Below, piece by piece: positions 52,760 through 61,664 of a stretch of DNA of 64,000 bases; positions within the stretch are counted from its first letter, which is position 1, and each line of letters starts with the position of its first letter. The translations under genes and the position numbers were made by a program. Origin of the DNA: Octopus bimaculoides (lineage: Eukaryota); NCBI RefSeq assembly GCF_001194135.2, contig NC_068984.1, positions 104,069,991 to 104,133,990 of the forward strand, in the 5' to 3' direction. A model generated the notes under the pieces. That model was given only the letters and a program-made list of their open reading frames with translations, ran no database searches and had not been told where the DNA came from.

Positions 52760-55700
52760 TCAAACACACACACAAAGGGCTTTGGGAAAATATTTAAGAA
52801 TTAGTATTTTATGTAATTATTTTGACATATAGTATTTTTTCAAAATGCCATTTGAATTTCAAAATTTTAGAATTTTGTTTGCACTAATTAACCTAATAAT
52901 TTTTTATAATAACATTATTATTAAAATGTTATCTCCAAGTGAATCAGTGTGTCTGACATTGATGGTGGTCACTTAGTAAAAAAAAAAAAGCAATGACCAC
53001 AACTTGGTTTACTTTTCTTTATACAGGCTAGAATAATTGAGTTTGGCATTGCAGTCCAACCAACAATTACAGATAACAGTAAAGTGATATACTAGAAAGT
53101 CACGGAGATGGTCATTGCCCAACTAACTAAGGAGAGAGTTAGTTTAGACAAGATGCAGTTTGGGTTTGTGCCAGAGAGAAGCACCACTGATGCGATATTT
53201 CTGGTAAGACATCTGCAGGTGAAATACCTAGCCAAAGATAAACCTCTGTACTTGGCTTTCATTGACACAGAAAAGGCCTTTGACAGGATTTCCCGATCCC
53301 TTATCTGTTGGTCAATGCGAAACTAGGGATAGACGAATGATTAGTGAGAGCTGTACAAGCCATGCACAGGGATGCTGTCAGTAAGGTGAGGGTTGGCAAC
53401 GAGTATAGTGAAGAATTCCGCTTTGGGGTAGGGGTTCACCAAGGTTCAGTCCTCAGCCTCCTCCTATTCATCATAGTCCTCCATGCAATAACAGAGGAAT
53501 TCAAGACAGGATGACCCTCGGAGCTCCTCTTTGCTGATGACCTTGCCCTAATAGCTGAGTCACTATCAGAACTAGAGGAGAAGTTTCAGGTGTAGAAGCA
53601 AGGTCTAGTATTGAAGGGTCTGAGAGTGAATCTAGCAAAAACCAAAGTCTTAGTAAGTAGGAAGGCATACAAATCACAAATCCCTTCAGGTAGATGGCCC
53701 TGCTCAATCTGTAGAAAAAGCGTAGGTAGAAACTCCATAAGATGTACCTGGTGTAAGCTATGGACACATAAGAGGTGCAGTAATATCAAAGGAAGGCTAA
53801 CTGGGAGGATAGTTTTTGTGTGTGGCAAATGCACAGGGGCAATAAACACTGAAAATGTGCAGAAAACAGCTTCCATCACATGCCAGGGGGAAAAACTAGA
53901 AGTAGTTGATAGCTTCTGTTACCTAGGTGACCAAGTCAGTAGTGGGAGAGGATGTTCTGAGAACGTAGCTGTTAGAATAAGAATAGTCTGGGCAGAGTTC
54001 AGCAAGCTCCTACCTCTGCTGGTAACAAAGGGCCTCTCACTCAGAGAGAAAGGTAGACTGTACGATGCATGTGTGCAAACAGCCATGCTACACGGCAGTG
54101 AAACATGGGCTATGACTGCTGAGGACATGCGTAAGCTTGCAAGAAATGAAGCTAGTATGCTCTGCTGGATGTGTAATGTCAGTGTGCATACACGACAGAG
54201 TGTAAGCACCTTGAGAGAAAAATTGGACATAAGAAGCATCAGATATGGTGTGCAAGAGAGATGACTGCGCTGGTATGGTCATGTGTTGCGTATGGAGAAC
54301 AGCTGTGTGAAAAAGTGTCACACCCTAACAGTGGAGGGAACCTGTGGAATAGGTAGACCCAGGAAGACCTGGAATGAGGTGGTGAAGCACAACCTTCAAA
54401 CGTTGTGCCTCACATAGACAATGACAAATGACTGTAACCATGGGCTATGCCAGTGTAGCATAACTGGCTCATTTAAAAGTACCCTTCAATCATTGGGCAA
54501 AAAAACTGTGCTTGAGAAGACCTGTTGAGTTAAATGAAATCATAGTCATGGCCGATGCCAGTACCGCCTGACTGGCTCTCATGCCAGTGGCACATAAAAA
54601 GCACCATTCAAGTATGGTCATTGCCAGTGCCGCCTGACTGGCTCCCATGCCAGTGGCAAGTAAAAAGCACTATTCAAGCATGGTCGTTGCCAGTGTTGCC
54701 TGACTGGCTCCTGTGCCAGTGGCACAAAAAATGCACCCACTATGCTCTTGGAGTGGTTGGCATTAAGAAGGGCATCCAGCTGTAGAAACCTTGCCAGATC
54801 AGATTGGAGTCTGGTGCAGCCTTCTGGCTTGCCAGTCCTCAGTCAAACCATCAAACCAATGCCAGCATGGAAAGTGGACATTAAATAATGATGATGTGGG
54901 CATTATATGAGGCTCAAATAATACCATAAATAAAAAAGGTGATGAAGTCATAGTGTGACTACTGTAAATATTTACATAGCTAAAATAAACTGCTTATCTA
55001 TGTCTTGTGTTTGTTGTAATTCAATAATGGACAAAGGACACAAGCATTTCTTTTGTATTTTAAATGTATGCCTGCAAATACGTTGCATGTTTCGAAGATT
55101 GTATAGAAAAGATTATGCCCAGTTGAGCTGAGACAGAGCTGTAGATTAGAAGAATTAGTTGCTATGTATAAATTAGATGACTATTTTATGTGAACAAGAA
55201 ATTATGTATTACATCAGCTGAATGAAAATCTGATGGTTAAAGGCAATGTTTTTAGATATGATGGCAACAAATTGTCTTAAGAAAAAGGATTGGAAATGCT
55301 GATTATTTACATACACAGTTAATTGTTACCATTGCTTTTTTTTTTTATAAGTAATATAGTCTAATTAATGTGGTTTTGTAATGTTCATTATACATTACAT
55401 GCACAAATTATTACCATTAATGTTATATAGAACTGAATAAAATTTAACAGTTTGATTACTCTTATCTCCAACATAGATTCGTACATGTTCCAGCCAGTAT
55501 TTTGTTTTAGAGTTCTATTCCAATTGTCTTCCAAGTAAGTCATTGAAAATTGTTTTAAATTTCCTAGTTAATACTTTTATATCTTCTCCCCTTTCTTGTT
55601 TATAAATGATTCATTTTATGATAATTTTTATTGCCCATAAGGTCAATTTTATTATTATAACTATACTTGAAATAATATTTTTGTCACTATTACATCCTTA

Positions 55701-58700
55701 GTTAATAACTTTCTTAGCTATCAGATTCTTGTGTGTGTGTAGATTGTTAAATATAAGCATAATAGACATTTACTAAAGTATTCTTTCATTTCATTTGTTC
55801 CCTTCTGTTATGATGAAAAGTTATAAAATTATTTCAATTAATAAAAATGTTAATATCAGAATGAACTGACAGTTTTTTTTCTTTTTATTTAGATGTTATT
55901 AGTAGTAATCCTAACAAAACATTTTATGCGGAAATTGCTGGTCTCTGCTGCCCCCAATGGACAAAAGATTCACTTCCTGAGGTAAGCATTAAACCATTTC
56001 AATTTATTATTATATTTTAAGTCACAACAATCATAACAACAATATTGTTATTGAAATTCACATTCCTTTTAATGCAAATAAATAGCAAATATCAACTGAG
56101 TTGTTTGTTAAATAGTGTATGCTTATATTTTAGTTAGATATTCTATTCTCCCTAACTTGTTATATATTTCCATATAATATTAAGACAAGCTTTGAGTTGT
56201 GAAAGAAACAAATTTATTTCCAAAAAGAAGGGGTGATTGGGTCTAGCAAGCAAAGTCCATTTCACATCTGTTCTCTCTCATACATGACTGTAAACAAGTT
56301 GATTTGCTTTTTAACACATTACATTGGTATTGCCTTTGAAAGGCTCTCTATGATTCATTAATGATTATGGGATATTTCCATTTAAGGAAGTGCAGATGGT
56401 AATCAGTACAATATAAGCAGTTGAAATGATAGCGAGTTTGTATTCTGTCAGTGGTATTGATGTATCTTCAGTCAAAGCACTTAAATGGCCTAACCCACAC
56501 ANNNNNNNNNNTAGCGAGTTTGTATTCTGTCAGTGGTATTGATGTATCTTCAGTCAAAGCACTTAAATGGCCTAACCCACACAATTGTAAACAGACGCTT
56601 ACATACTAGAAACAACTAACTGCTGCAAGTGTTGACATCACACTAATGTATTTCATTAATTTGAAATGCTGACTTATATGAAATACACTACCTCATGGTA
56701 ATGAAGTCTCTAGTTGAGTCTTTACAACAAAATTTTATGAGACTCAAATGTTGTTTCAATGAAGTTAATACATATTTTGTTTGTAATATTTTTAGCTTAG
56801 TTTCTTATTTTTGAATTATTTGTTTTTATTTTTATCTGTAACTGCAATATATTTTGTGAATTATATTTCATTACTCACCATTTTTCTTTTCCATATTTTT
56901 TCAGCTCCATCCAATATTTGGTGACCGAGATTATCTAGAAGAACAGCACATATTAATCGCCATCCGAACAAGAGATGGTGACCATGAATCATATGGTATT
57001 TGTGCCATTTTTAAGTTGCTTGTTTTCTTTTGCTTTGTTTTACATTATTATTATCACCAAATCAACAAGGCAGTAAGCTGGCATAATTGTTAGCACACTG
57101 ACTGGACAAAATATGTAACAGCATTTCGTCTGTCTTTATATTCTGAATTCATATTCCACCAAGGTCAACTTAGCCTTTTGTCCTTTCAGAGTTGATGAAA
57201 TAAGTACCAGTTGAGCACTGGTGTCAATGTAATTGACTAGCTCCCTCCCACAAATATTTCAGATTTTGTGCCTATATTAGACAAGATTATTATATTCAAC
57301 AATGGTTTTAATAAATTTATTAAACTTTATTATACATTTTATTTAATTATTAGGAATTTTTGAAAAAGCATTTAATCCTTTTATTTTTGTAGCATATATT
57401 TAAATAAGAATTTATTCAGACATTAATTTTTTTTGTAGCTTTCTTCATTTACTTGGAGTTGTCTTATTCTTCAAATATGGATCAAATTCCCTTAACCCCA
57501 CTAGATTTTCTACAATGTTTCATCAGTGACACTTAGGAGAGATACATCAATGAATTGCCTTTTTTACTTTAAAACAATTAGAAGATAGTTCTCTGAAAGA
57601 GAAACTTATACAGTTATCATCATTAGTATCACTGTCATTATGAGTACATGCTACAAAAATATTGCCATTGGAATGCTTGCCTCTACACTCCTAACTAAAA
57701 TTACCTTCAGCTTCATAGAAATATAAATCATGTTTATCTATTTCTCATTTCAGTTTTATTGAGAAGCATTTTCATTCATTTTTATATGATGATTAATAAG
57801 AGATAAAATAATGATTCCAGAACATCTTAACTTTAATTTTAAACTGTTTCATTTAATAACTCTGTGTCATAATTGTAGTATAGCAGACTCTATAAATTTT
57901 AATTGTCATTTACTTTAAACTCTTTGAATAATTAACCTCAGAAATTTACATTAAACATTATTACATTACTGAAATTACACTTGCAGCAATTCATATTGAC
58001 TGGACATGGTACAGTATTTCTGGCTGACATTATCATTCAGAAATTTCCAATCCGAAAAATAAACAAACATTTTGTTGTCTTAAACGTTAAATCTAAGAGA
58101 ATTTAAAGGTTCTTTTTATTATTTTACATTACTCAACAGAGGAAGAGTGGTGCCCATGACCCAAATTAGACTCCCCCCAAACAAGTGAAATTCATGTAGC
58201 TGATGTCCAGCTTGAACCATCTGTAGGGAAAATGTGTTTTGGGAGGGAACCAGAGATCTGATTTTTATTCTTGCAACAGGGTGAGCCCTGCTAAAGACAG
58301 CCAAGGATTAGGTGGTGGTGTTAAACCAGGTGGCATGTTAGATCTTTTCCACTATTCTAGAATAATTAAGTTTAAGATTTTCTCTCATCGACAAATGTTT
58401 AAGTCATGCTTTTCTCTTTTTTACGCAAATACTTCTGAAATTATCTTCTTGGGAATATTACCATGAACAAAACTAATAATGTCTTTTGGTCTAATTTCAT
58501 CTCTTTTCTGAAATAACTTGAGATTTTTTTTGTATGTTGGACCATAATTATGAGTCTGCTCAGAAGTTAAATTTTAAAATATTAATGAAAATGAGATATT
58601 TGGTTTTAATGGTATTACTACTCTAAATAGATTTACAAATAGTTTTAATACTGAGGAATTTAATTTTCATTTTCCTTATTTCTTAGGTGAGTGTGTGGTA

Positions 58701-60277
58701 ACCCTTAAGGATATGTATTCAGTGCAACCCGAGCCATTTGAGTACATGTTAACACATTTAGGTGATGAAACAGGAATAATAAGGTAAGAAACATTGTTTT
58801 CCTTTAATCAAAAACTAAACCTCTTAAGGTTCCTATTTATAACCACCAATTTTGAACCAAAGGTCAAATTTTTACAGATGCGCAGATAACTGAAACACCA
58901 AATAAAGGAACTATATATTAATAGTAGAGATGCAAGTGTAGTTGTGCAGTTAAAAAGTTCATTTTTTGCAACTGTATGTTGTAGGATTTGATCCCTCTCC
59001 ACAGCACCTGAGACAAGTGTCTTCTACTTTAACTTCAGGTTGACTGATACATTGTTAGTAGAATTGGTAGACAGAAACTTCTCCCACATGTATGTGTTTT
59101 TATTGTTTACTGATTTTCTGAGTGGTTCAAGAGATATAGATCAATATGTAGCTGACTGATTTAAGTACTAGAATTGGTAGTATTGGCTAAAACTCTGAGT
59201 ATGGTATCTCAGCACAACCAGAGTCTAATAAATGAAATCAGTAAAAGGATGAAAGAAATTGAAATTGTGTAATAAATCAGAAATATTATATGTTTATAAT
59301 AGCTGACATTTATTGGTTGCTTGCTTACTTGCTCTCTCTTGTCACACTTTACGTTATATGGAGAGAGTAAAAGAAAAATACAAAAAAGCGTTGGCATAAG
59401 AGGTGCAGGATGAGTGTACATACTGGGTGTTTGGTGGCAGGAGGAGAGTGAGTAAATGACAGAGTGGTTGTGAAAGAAGTTATACAAATGAGAAATTTGT
59501 TTTATCTAATTTTAAGGTAATAAATACCTTTTTCTTTAACATTCTAGTATATTTATAAACTATTAAGTTAAAGATTATTTGACCCCCTGTAATTTACTAA
59601 TTTTAAAAATTTTCCCATAATCAAATTAATTTAGTGTTTACATATCACTCTTCTAAATTAAAGCATTAGAAAAACATGATAGTGTTTAAAATATAAGTAA
59701 ATTTAACTGATAAAAAATTTGTAATTCTAACACAATAACTTCTAACAATCCTAAATCAAGTCCAATTAATTTCTTAGCCTTTATCAATACATCAAGAACA
59801 ACAAATGAAAAGAATAAAATGTATTTAAATTGAATGTAAATGAAAATAATATAACATAAAGACAATTAAAATAATAGAAAATTAAACAAACATAATTTAT
59901 GTGGTCAACAAAAATGCAAAATTCATTTTAGAATGTCTCAGTCTAGTAATTTATTCAATATTTCATTTGTACATTATTGTAATTGTAAATGTCATAGTTC
60001 ACTCCTCAGTTTTGGTTCATTCTCAATTAACGTGTATATAATTATTTTCTTAAATTAACATCTCTAGGTTAAACTTTATCCACTCTACTTTCCTAACTAC
60101 TGCACTGACAATTGAGTTTTTAAAATATTTCATAAATTACTTCACAAAATTTGTCACATTTAAATGTTTACTTACAATTTTATTTAATGTTTCCTATTTT
60201 TCTTTTTGACAGAGGCAAGATGCATATATACACTCCTGAAAGTGCTCCGAGACGACGCTCTTCAAAGAAAGTTTATG
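14978..60277 (+). CDS. INPPL1: SH2-containing inositol polyphosphate 5-phosphatase (SHIP1/SHIP2 family), 23 coding exons, 3' end incomplete
   Basis: Manual splice: join(14978-15105,20756-20819,25318-25468,26438-26546,27846-27986,29836-29929,30037-30108,30435-30575,32169-32301,35067-35264,36323-36522,37238-37355,40494-40590,46182-46320,47713-47812,49129-49226,49961-50042,52441-52586,55477-55534,55893-55981,56905-56995,58687-58783,60213-60277). All introns are GT-AG, the phases chain, and there is no stop in 870 codons. Motifs: SH2 GSFLIRES; 5-phosphatase IGTWNMG, GTQE, WFGDLNYR, PSWCDR, SDHRPV; C2 region. Symbol is the closer-looking human paralogue; probably a co-orthologue of INPP5D and INPPL1. 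Confidence 0.95.
15177..16248 (+). mobile_element. Complete non-autonomous Helitron-type element in SHIP intron 1
   Basis: A|TCTATCTATACTATAT... 5' end; 3' end cccgagcaacgccgggtgcctctgCTAG|T; inserted between A and T; internal CA/CT-rich repeats and a gap. Confidence 0.82.
20756..20819 (+). CDS. INPPL1: SHIP coding exon 2 (SH2)
   Basis: tgtag|(L)CQGRVHKYRILPDLDGKLSVQ|gtaag; 64 nt; matches the SHIP YRILP motif. Confidence 0.93.
21240..25050 (+). mobile_element. Cluster of 9 tRNA-derived SINEs (family A) plus LINE 3' stubs in (ATT/ATC)n
   Basis: ~215-bp units starting near 21561, 21796, 23169, 23446, 23710, 23949, 24212, 24446 (5'-truncated) and 24796. Each has box A tggcagaatc.ttagc, box B gagttcaaattcc, core aataagtaccagttgagcactggggtc and end aaaatttgaaacc(att)n. 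Confidence 0.92.
25318..25468 (+). CDS. INPPL1: SHIP coding exon 3 (SH2 C-end)
   Basis: tttacag|SENSLLEPRFVDLSHLVQEYMKRGDKNGLVCAMKKIVAVERSEKLDEPDS|gtaaag; 151 nt; GLVCA motif as in SHIP2. Confidence 0.92.
26438..26546 (+). CDS. INPPL1: SHIP coding exon 4
   Basis: ttttcag|DDDDFEANAADPSARHNTVSTLRMQFLKNFARLDLS|gtaag; phase 1 in, phase 2 out. Confidence 0.88.
27846..27986 (+). CDS. INPPL1: SHIP coding exon 5
   Basis: atcag|KTEGEFMTILKQYIDEGQDEDLVSMKAGNTKLPGLQKLLWTIAKPLV|gtaag; 141 nt; LPxLxKL motif of the SHIP linker. Confidence 0.9.
28910..29125 (+). mobile_element. Family A SINE, solo copy
   Basis: Same consensus as the 21-25 kb units; further solo copies at about 57068-57290 and 18400-18545 (partial). 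Confidence 0.88.
29467..29790 (+). mobile_element. tRNA-derived SINE (family C)
   Basis: ggcacgtggcttagtggttagg box A head and gtgtccttgagcaagacacttt core; paralogue of 6124-6438. Confidence 0.8.
29836..29929 (+). CDS. INPPL1: SHIP coding exon 6
   Basis: tttttag|KEFDNFLLKMGLVRDLFSDVPKEQKWKELEAE|gtattt; phase-compatible. Confidence 0.85.
29953..30016. repeat. Compound (CT)n(TCAA)n microsatellite inside a 107-nt intron
   Basis: Read directly. Other compound microsatellites lie at 1-26, 10708-10748, 33570-33690, 52690-52770, 61615-61662 and 62698-62800. Confidence 0.95.
30037..30108 (+). CDS. INPPL1: SHIP coding exon 7
   Basis: ttttag|NFGVEEMSNKFNECKAALEDLQAG|gtaaat; 72 nt, phase 0/0. Confidence 0.82.
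30435..30575 (+). CDS. INPPL1: SHIP coding exon 8
   Basis: ttcatag|AQDFLKNYGIKDQGSHGDYTEIDFDMMKTAPFLQSVPQQPIPEAIFE|gtatg; its end joins exon 9 to give PIPEAIFEV, similar to SHIP2 TIPVQAFEV. Confidence 0.85.
32169..32301 (+). CDS. INPPL1: SHIP coding exon 9 (PH-R)
   Basis: ttttcag|VRAVKHGKPMGRVTLKVDVQTGRLFAVKPSKDILDASNTFSHEK|gtaat; similar to SHIP2 LSVDVEGGRL...TFTHDR. Confidence 0.9.
34015..34576. mobile_element. Two inverted copies of a TTAA-CCC..GGG-TTAA (piggyBac-like) MITE
   Basis: Copy 1 at about 34015-34212; copy 2 at 34357-34576, bounded by ttaaccctttt and aaaagggttaa. The reverse complement of copy 2 aligns to copy 1 (taaagtgatct, acaccagctta, ttcactaa.tccttca.tattttc). Confidence 0.75.
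35067..35264 (+). CDS. INPPL1: SHIP coding exon 10 (PH-R and start of 5-phosphatase)
   Basis: cattag|ILQLIKKSTDNCRLDIVIEGKKTFTYQFESVHARENFCQHICQMKSMHSTAEEIDQVSIFIGTWNMG|gtgag. Confidence 0.94.
36323..36522 (+). CDS. INPPL1: SHIP coding exon 11 (5-phosphatase)
   Basis: aaacag|GTAPFTESLNSWVRCQGAGKIREPLVMGVIPHDLYVIGTQESSLTEKDWVNCLKAQLRLSMSIDPEI|gtatg; IPHDxYVxGTQE motif. Confidence 0.95.
37238..37355 (+). CDS. INPPL1: SHIP coding exon 12
   Basis: ctccag|VCVCSLWGIRLVVFTKAEHQHRISHVEHSSVKTGIANAL|gtaag; 118 nt. Confidence 0.95.
38780..39600 (-). mobile_element. Highly degraded RTE-like LINE fragments
   Basis: Minus-strand remnant DITLLDQAMKVTE resembles the RTE RT region; very decayed. Confidence 0.45.
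40494..40590 (+). CDS. INPPL1: SHIP coding exon 13
   Basis: tttcag|GNKGAVAISMYFNGTSICFINSHLASRSERLA|gtaac; 97 nt. Confidence 0.95.
42505..42790 (+). mobile_element. CR1/L2-like LINE ORF2 3' fragment
   Basis: LFSLEQRRERYAVIYIWKILEGFVPSFDIESYSNCRTG..CIVPKIP..RYCNSLGFKGPQLFDILPK. Confidence 0.8.
42830..43432 (+). mobile_element. Mariner transposase 3' half
   Basis: LQDKARPH...HPPHSPDLAPTDYHFF...WQKCIDNMGAYFDE, followed by a TIR-like end (...cttgaagacctaa-TA). Confidence 0.88.
43983..45190. mobile_element. Penelope-like terminal-repeat complex: two ~290-bp direct copies plus a degenerate hammerhead
   Basis: 43983-44270 and 44722-45003 are direct repeats (gtcaccaactgtaaac...gaagacagttgctcccataacttcc...gacagtggagacat). 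44593-44665 matches the reverse complement of 3781-3860. Hammerhead-like core at 45077-45112. The PLE assignment is an inference. Confidence 0.55.
45077..45112 (+). ncRNA. Degenerate minimal type I hammerhead ribozyme motif (probably inactive)
   Basis: CUUU-[CUGUCA]-GAGC-uuag-GCUC-[GAAA]-CCU-A-AAAG: stems I and II pair; the core deviates from CUGAUGA and the palindromic ACGU stem III reads ACCU. Confidence 0.5.
46182..46320 (+). CDS. INPPL1: SHIP coding exon 14 (catalytic motif 1)
   Basis: ttttag|RRNQNYRDIIKGLSLGQKHLNVFDVTNQFHHVFWFGDLNYRVEENIH|gtaaat; 139 nt. Confidence 0.96.
47713..47812 (+). CDS. INPPL1: SHIP coding exon 15
   Basis: ctcgtag|CVLNKLQEGDIDSLLILDQLKMTQDCKDAFVGF|gtaag; 100 nt; DQL motif. 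Confidence 0.92.
49129..49226 (+). CDS. INPPL1: SHIP coding exon 16
   Basis: taacag|REEAITFLPTYRMERGAKGKLVYNWRKVKKTTG|gtaag; PTYR motif. Confidence 0.94.
49961..50042 (+). CDS. INPPL1: SHIP coding exon 17 (catalytic motif 2)
   Basis: tttttag|DRINVPSWCDRVMWRSYPGTFIENIAY|gtaag; 82 nt. Confidence 0.96.
51700..51974. mobile_element. Second TTAA-type MITE family fragment
   Basis: Ends gagtaatctgaatgctaaagggTTAA; the left boundary is uncertain. Confidence 0.45.
52441..52586 (+). CDS. INPPL1: SHIP coding exon 18
   Basis: ttccag|GCADDILSSDHRPVFSSFNIGIASQFITNRESLVDQTSVRIIFDLVQAE|gtatat; SDH motif, then start of C2. Confidence 0.94.
53095..54896 (+). mobile_element. RTE-clade LINE, 5'-truncated, with RT domain and embedded PHD-like finger
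   Basis: QFGFVPERSTTDAIF, LAFIDTEKAFDRI, GVHQGSVLS, LLFADDL, GSETW; one frameshift near 53320 and several stops; 3'UTR with 66-bp repeats; ends in atgatgatg. Confidence 0.93.
55477..55534 (+). CDS. INPPL1: SHIP coding exon 19 (C2)
   Basis: catag|IRTCSSQYFVLEFYSNCLP|gtaagt; similar to SHIP2 VKTASRTKFFIEFYSTCLE; required to restore the frame. Confidence 0.92.
55893..55981 (+). CDS. INPPL1: SHIP coding exon 20 (C2)
   Basis: atttag|NVISSNPNKTFYAEIAGLCCPQWTKDSLPE|gtaag; similar to SHIP2 QWSSRQLP. Confidence 0.88.
56905..56995 (+). CDS. INPPL1: SHIP coding exon 21 (C2)
   Basis: tttcag|LHPIFGDRDYLEEQHILIAIRTRDGDHESY|gtatt; similar to SHIP2 LKPILADIEYLQDQHLLL...ESY. Confidence 0.94.
58687..58783 (+). 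CDS. INPPL1: SHIP coding exon 22 (C2)
   Basis: tcttag|GECVVTLKDMYSVQPEPFEYMLTHLGDETGII|gtaag; similar to SHIP2 GECVVALKSM...SHRGEETGNI. Confidence 0.94.
60213..60277 (+). CDS. INPPL1: SHIP coding exon 23 (end of C2); last exon identified
   Basis: tgacag|RGKMHIYTPESAPRRRSSKKVY|gtaaaa; ends in phase 1, so the gene continues. Confidence 0.88.
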
Positions 60278-61607
60278 GTAAAACTGAACTAATTTTTTTA
60301 TATTTTTTGTTGGTTTCTTTTTATTTTTGTTATATTTATTGCTGTTTAAGAAGCTCATCTAATCATTCTTTTCTTTTAAGATTTTTTTTTTTTTCCTTCC
60401 TGAAATCAAAATGTAGCAAATTTCTCTTTCAATTTGTTTACAATATCTGAAATATTTTAGACCGCTAAGATATTAATACAGCTATTTAATTTGAACTTGT
60501 TTCAATTTGTAATATTTTGTAAATTTATCAGCATTTAATTGAAAAATTATACTAATTTACAGAAATAACTGTGCTAGGTTTGATACACACTATTATATAT
60601 AATTTTTTTCCATAAACACTTGCTTTATCTTTTCTTTTAGATTTAACTATTTTGAAGAGTACAATTTACAGACATGACATATTAAATTTATAGATACTGA
60701 TAATAAAGCAAGCCTTTTATTATAGTCTTTCATTAAATTGCTTTTTAAAAAAATATTTTATTTAGTTGATAAGCATGTAAAAGAAAATCTACATTTGTGT
60801 GTGGTTATTTAAGATAATAATGATCATGCATCATATCTATATATATCTCTTAAATATATAATACATCATGATGCTATGTATTGTTCTTGCTTTACTTTTA
60901 AAGATATTACTCCAGGCTATAATCAATTTATTTTATGTAAAAGAAGCAAATTAGAAAACCTATTTCATTAAACTGTTAGGTAATTAAATGACAAAAAGGT
61001 TCTACACTGGAAATTGGGTCTTTTTATAGTATTTCATTTTATTATATAGAAATTATTTATGTTAAAGGAACTAAAAATATCAAAGAATCATGGAAAAGGC
61101 AATGAGAATATTTACAGTTGCATTTCATCTTTCAGTTTGTTTATTTTATTCTATTCCTGAATATAGTGTTGATGTTACAGAAAGTTTTATATCATTTGCT
61201 GCACTATGTTAAGATTTTCTCTCAAGGAATCTACCAATGATAGCCAACACCTTAGTCTTTTTTTTAAATTGATAGACTTTACTAAAGTAAGATTGGTTTA
61301 AATATTTTGTCATTACTGAACAAACAATAAATAAACTGATGAATTATAATATATTCACCAATCATGTTTATAAAATAAGTGAAAAGATGGGTTCAAGTTA
61401 ACAATTGTTATTACATTTTTCCATAATGATATGCATTTTACAAACAGAATTAGAATCAGGCATGTTGGTGTGATCTTAACTGATCACTTTAATGTTGAAT
61501 GGCTTAATGTACAACTGTTCTATGTATCACAACACATAATGGCAAAGAGTGGTTTTTACCTTTAGATATTTCCTTTTAGATTTAACCACTTTGTTGTTTT
61601 CATTTAC

Positions 61608-61664
<57 letters not shown>

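Larger units (their letters stand above)
1336..56511. other. Eight assembly gaps (N runs)
   Basis: 1336-1726, 2974-3392, 15811-15947, 33616-33625, 39698-39757, 41646-41913, 43441-43946, 56502-56511. The SHIP reading frame chains across all intragenic gaps, so no constitutive exon appears to be lost. Confidence 0.99.

Noticed and set aside
55810-55872. ATGATGA...CTGA resembling a C/D box snoRNA
   Set aside because: Very AT-rich, terminal stem out of register, no recognisable rRNA guide, and only about 20 nt from the 3' splice site.
55893-55981. Phase-0 reading MLLVVILTKHF... directly after exon 18
   Set aside because: Wrong frame; homology and the intervening exon 55477-55534 support the phase-1 reading NVISSNPNK...
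56430-56583. 72-nt exact direct duplication
   Set aside because: The copies sit immediately either side of a 10-N gap, which is the classic unmerged contig overlap artefact.
60640-61470. Candidate exon-24 acceptors at about 60640, 61180 and 61447
   Set aside because: Each reaches an in-frame stop within 20 codons, lacks a consensus donor and shows no clear SHIP similarity.
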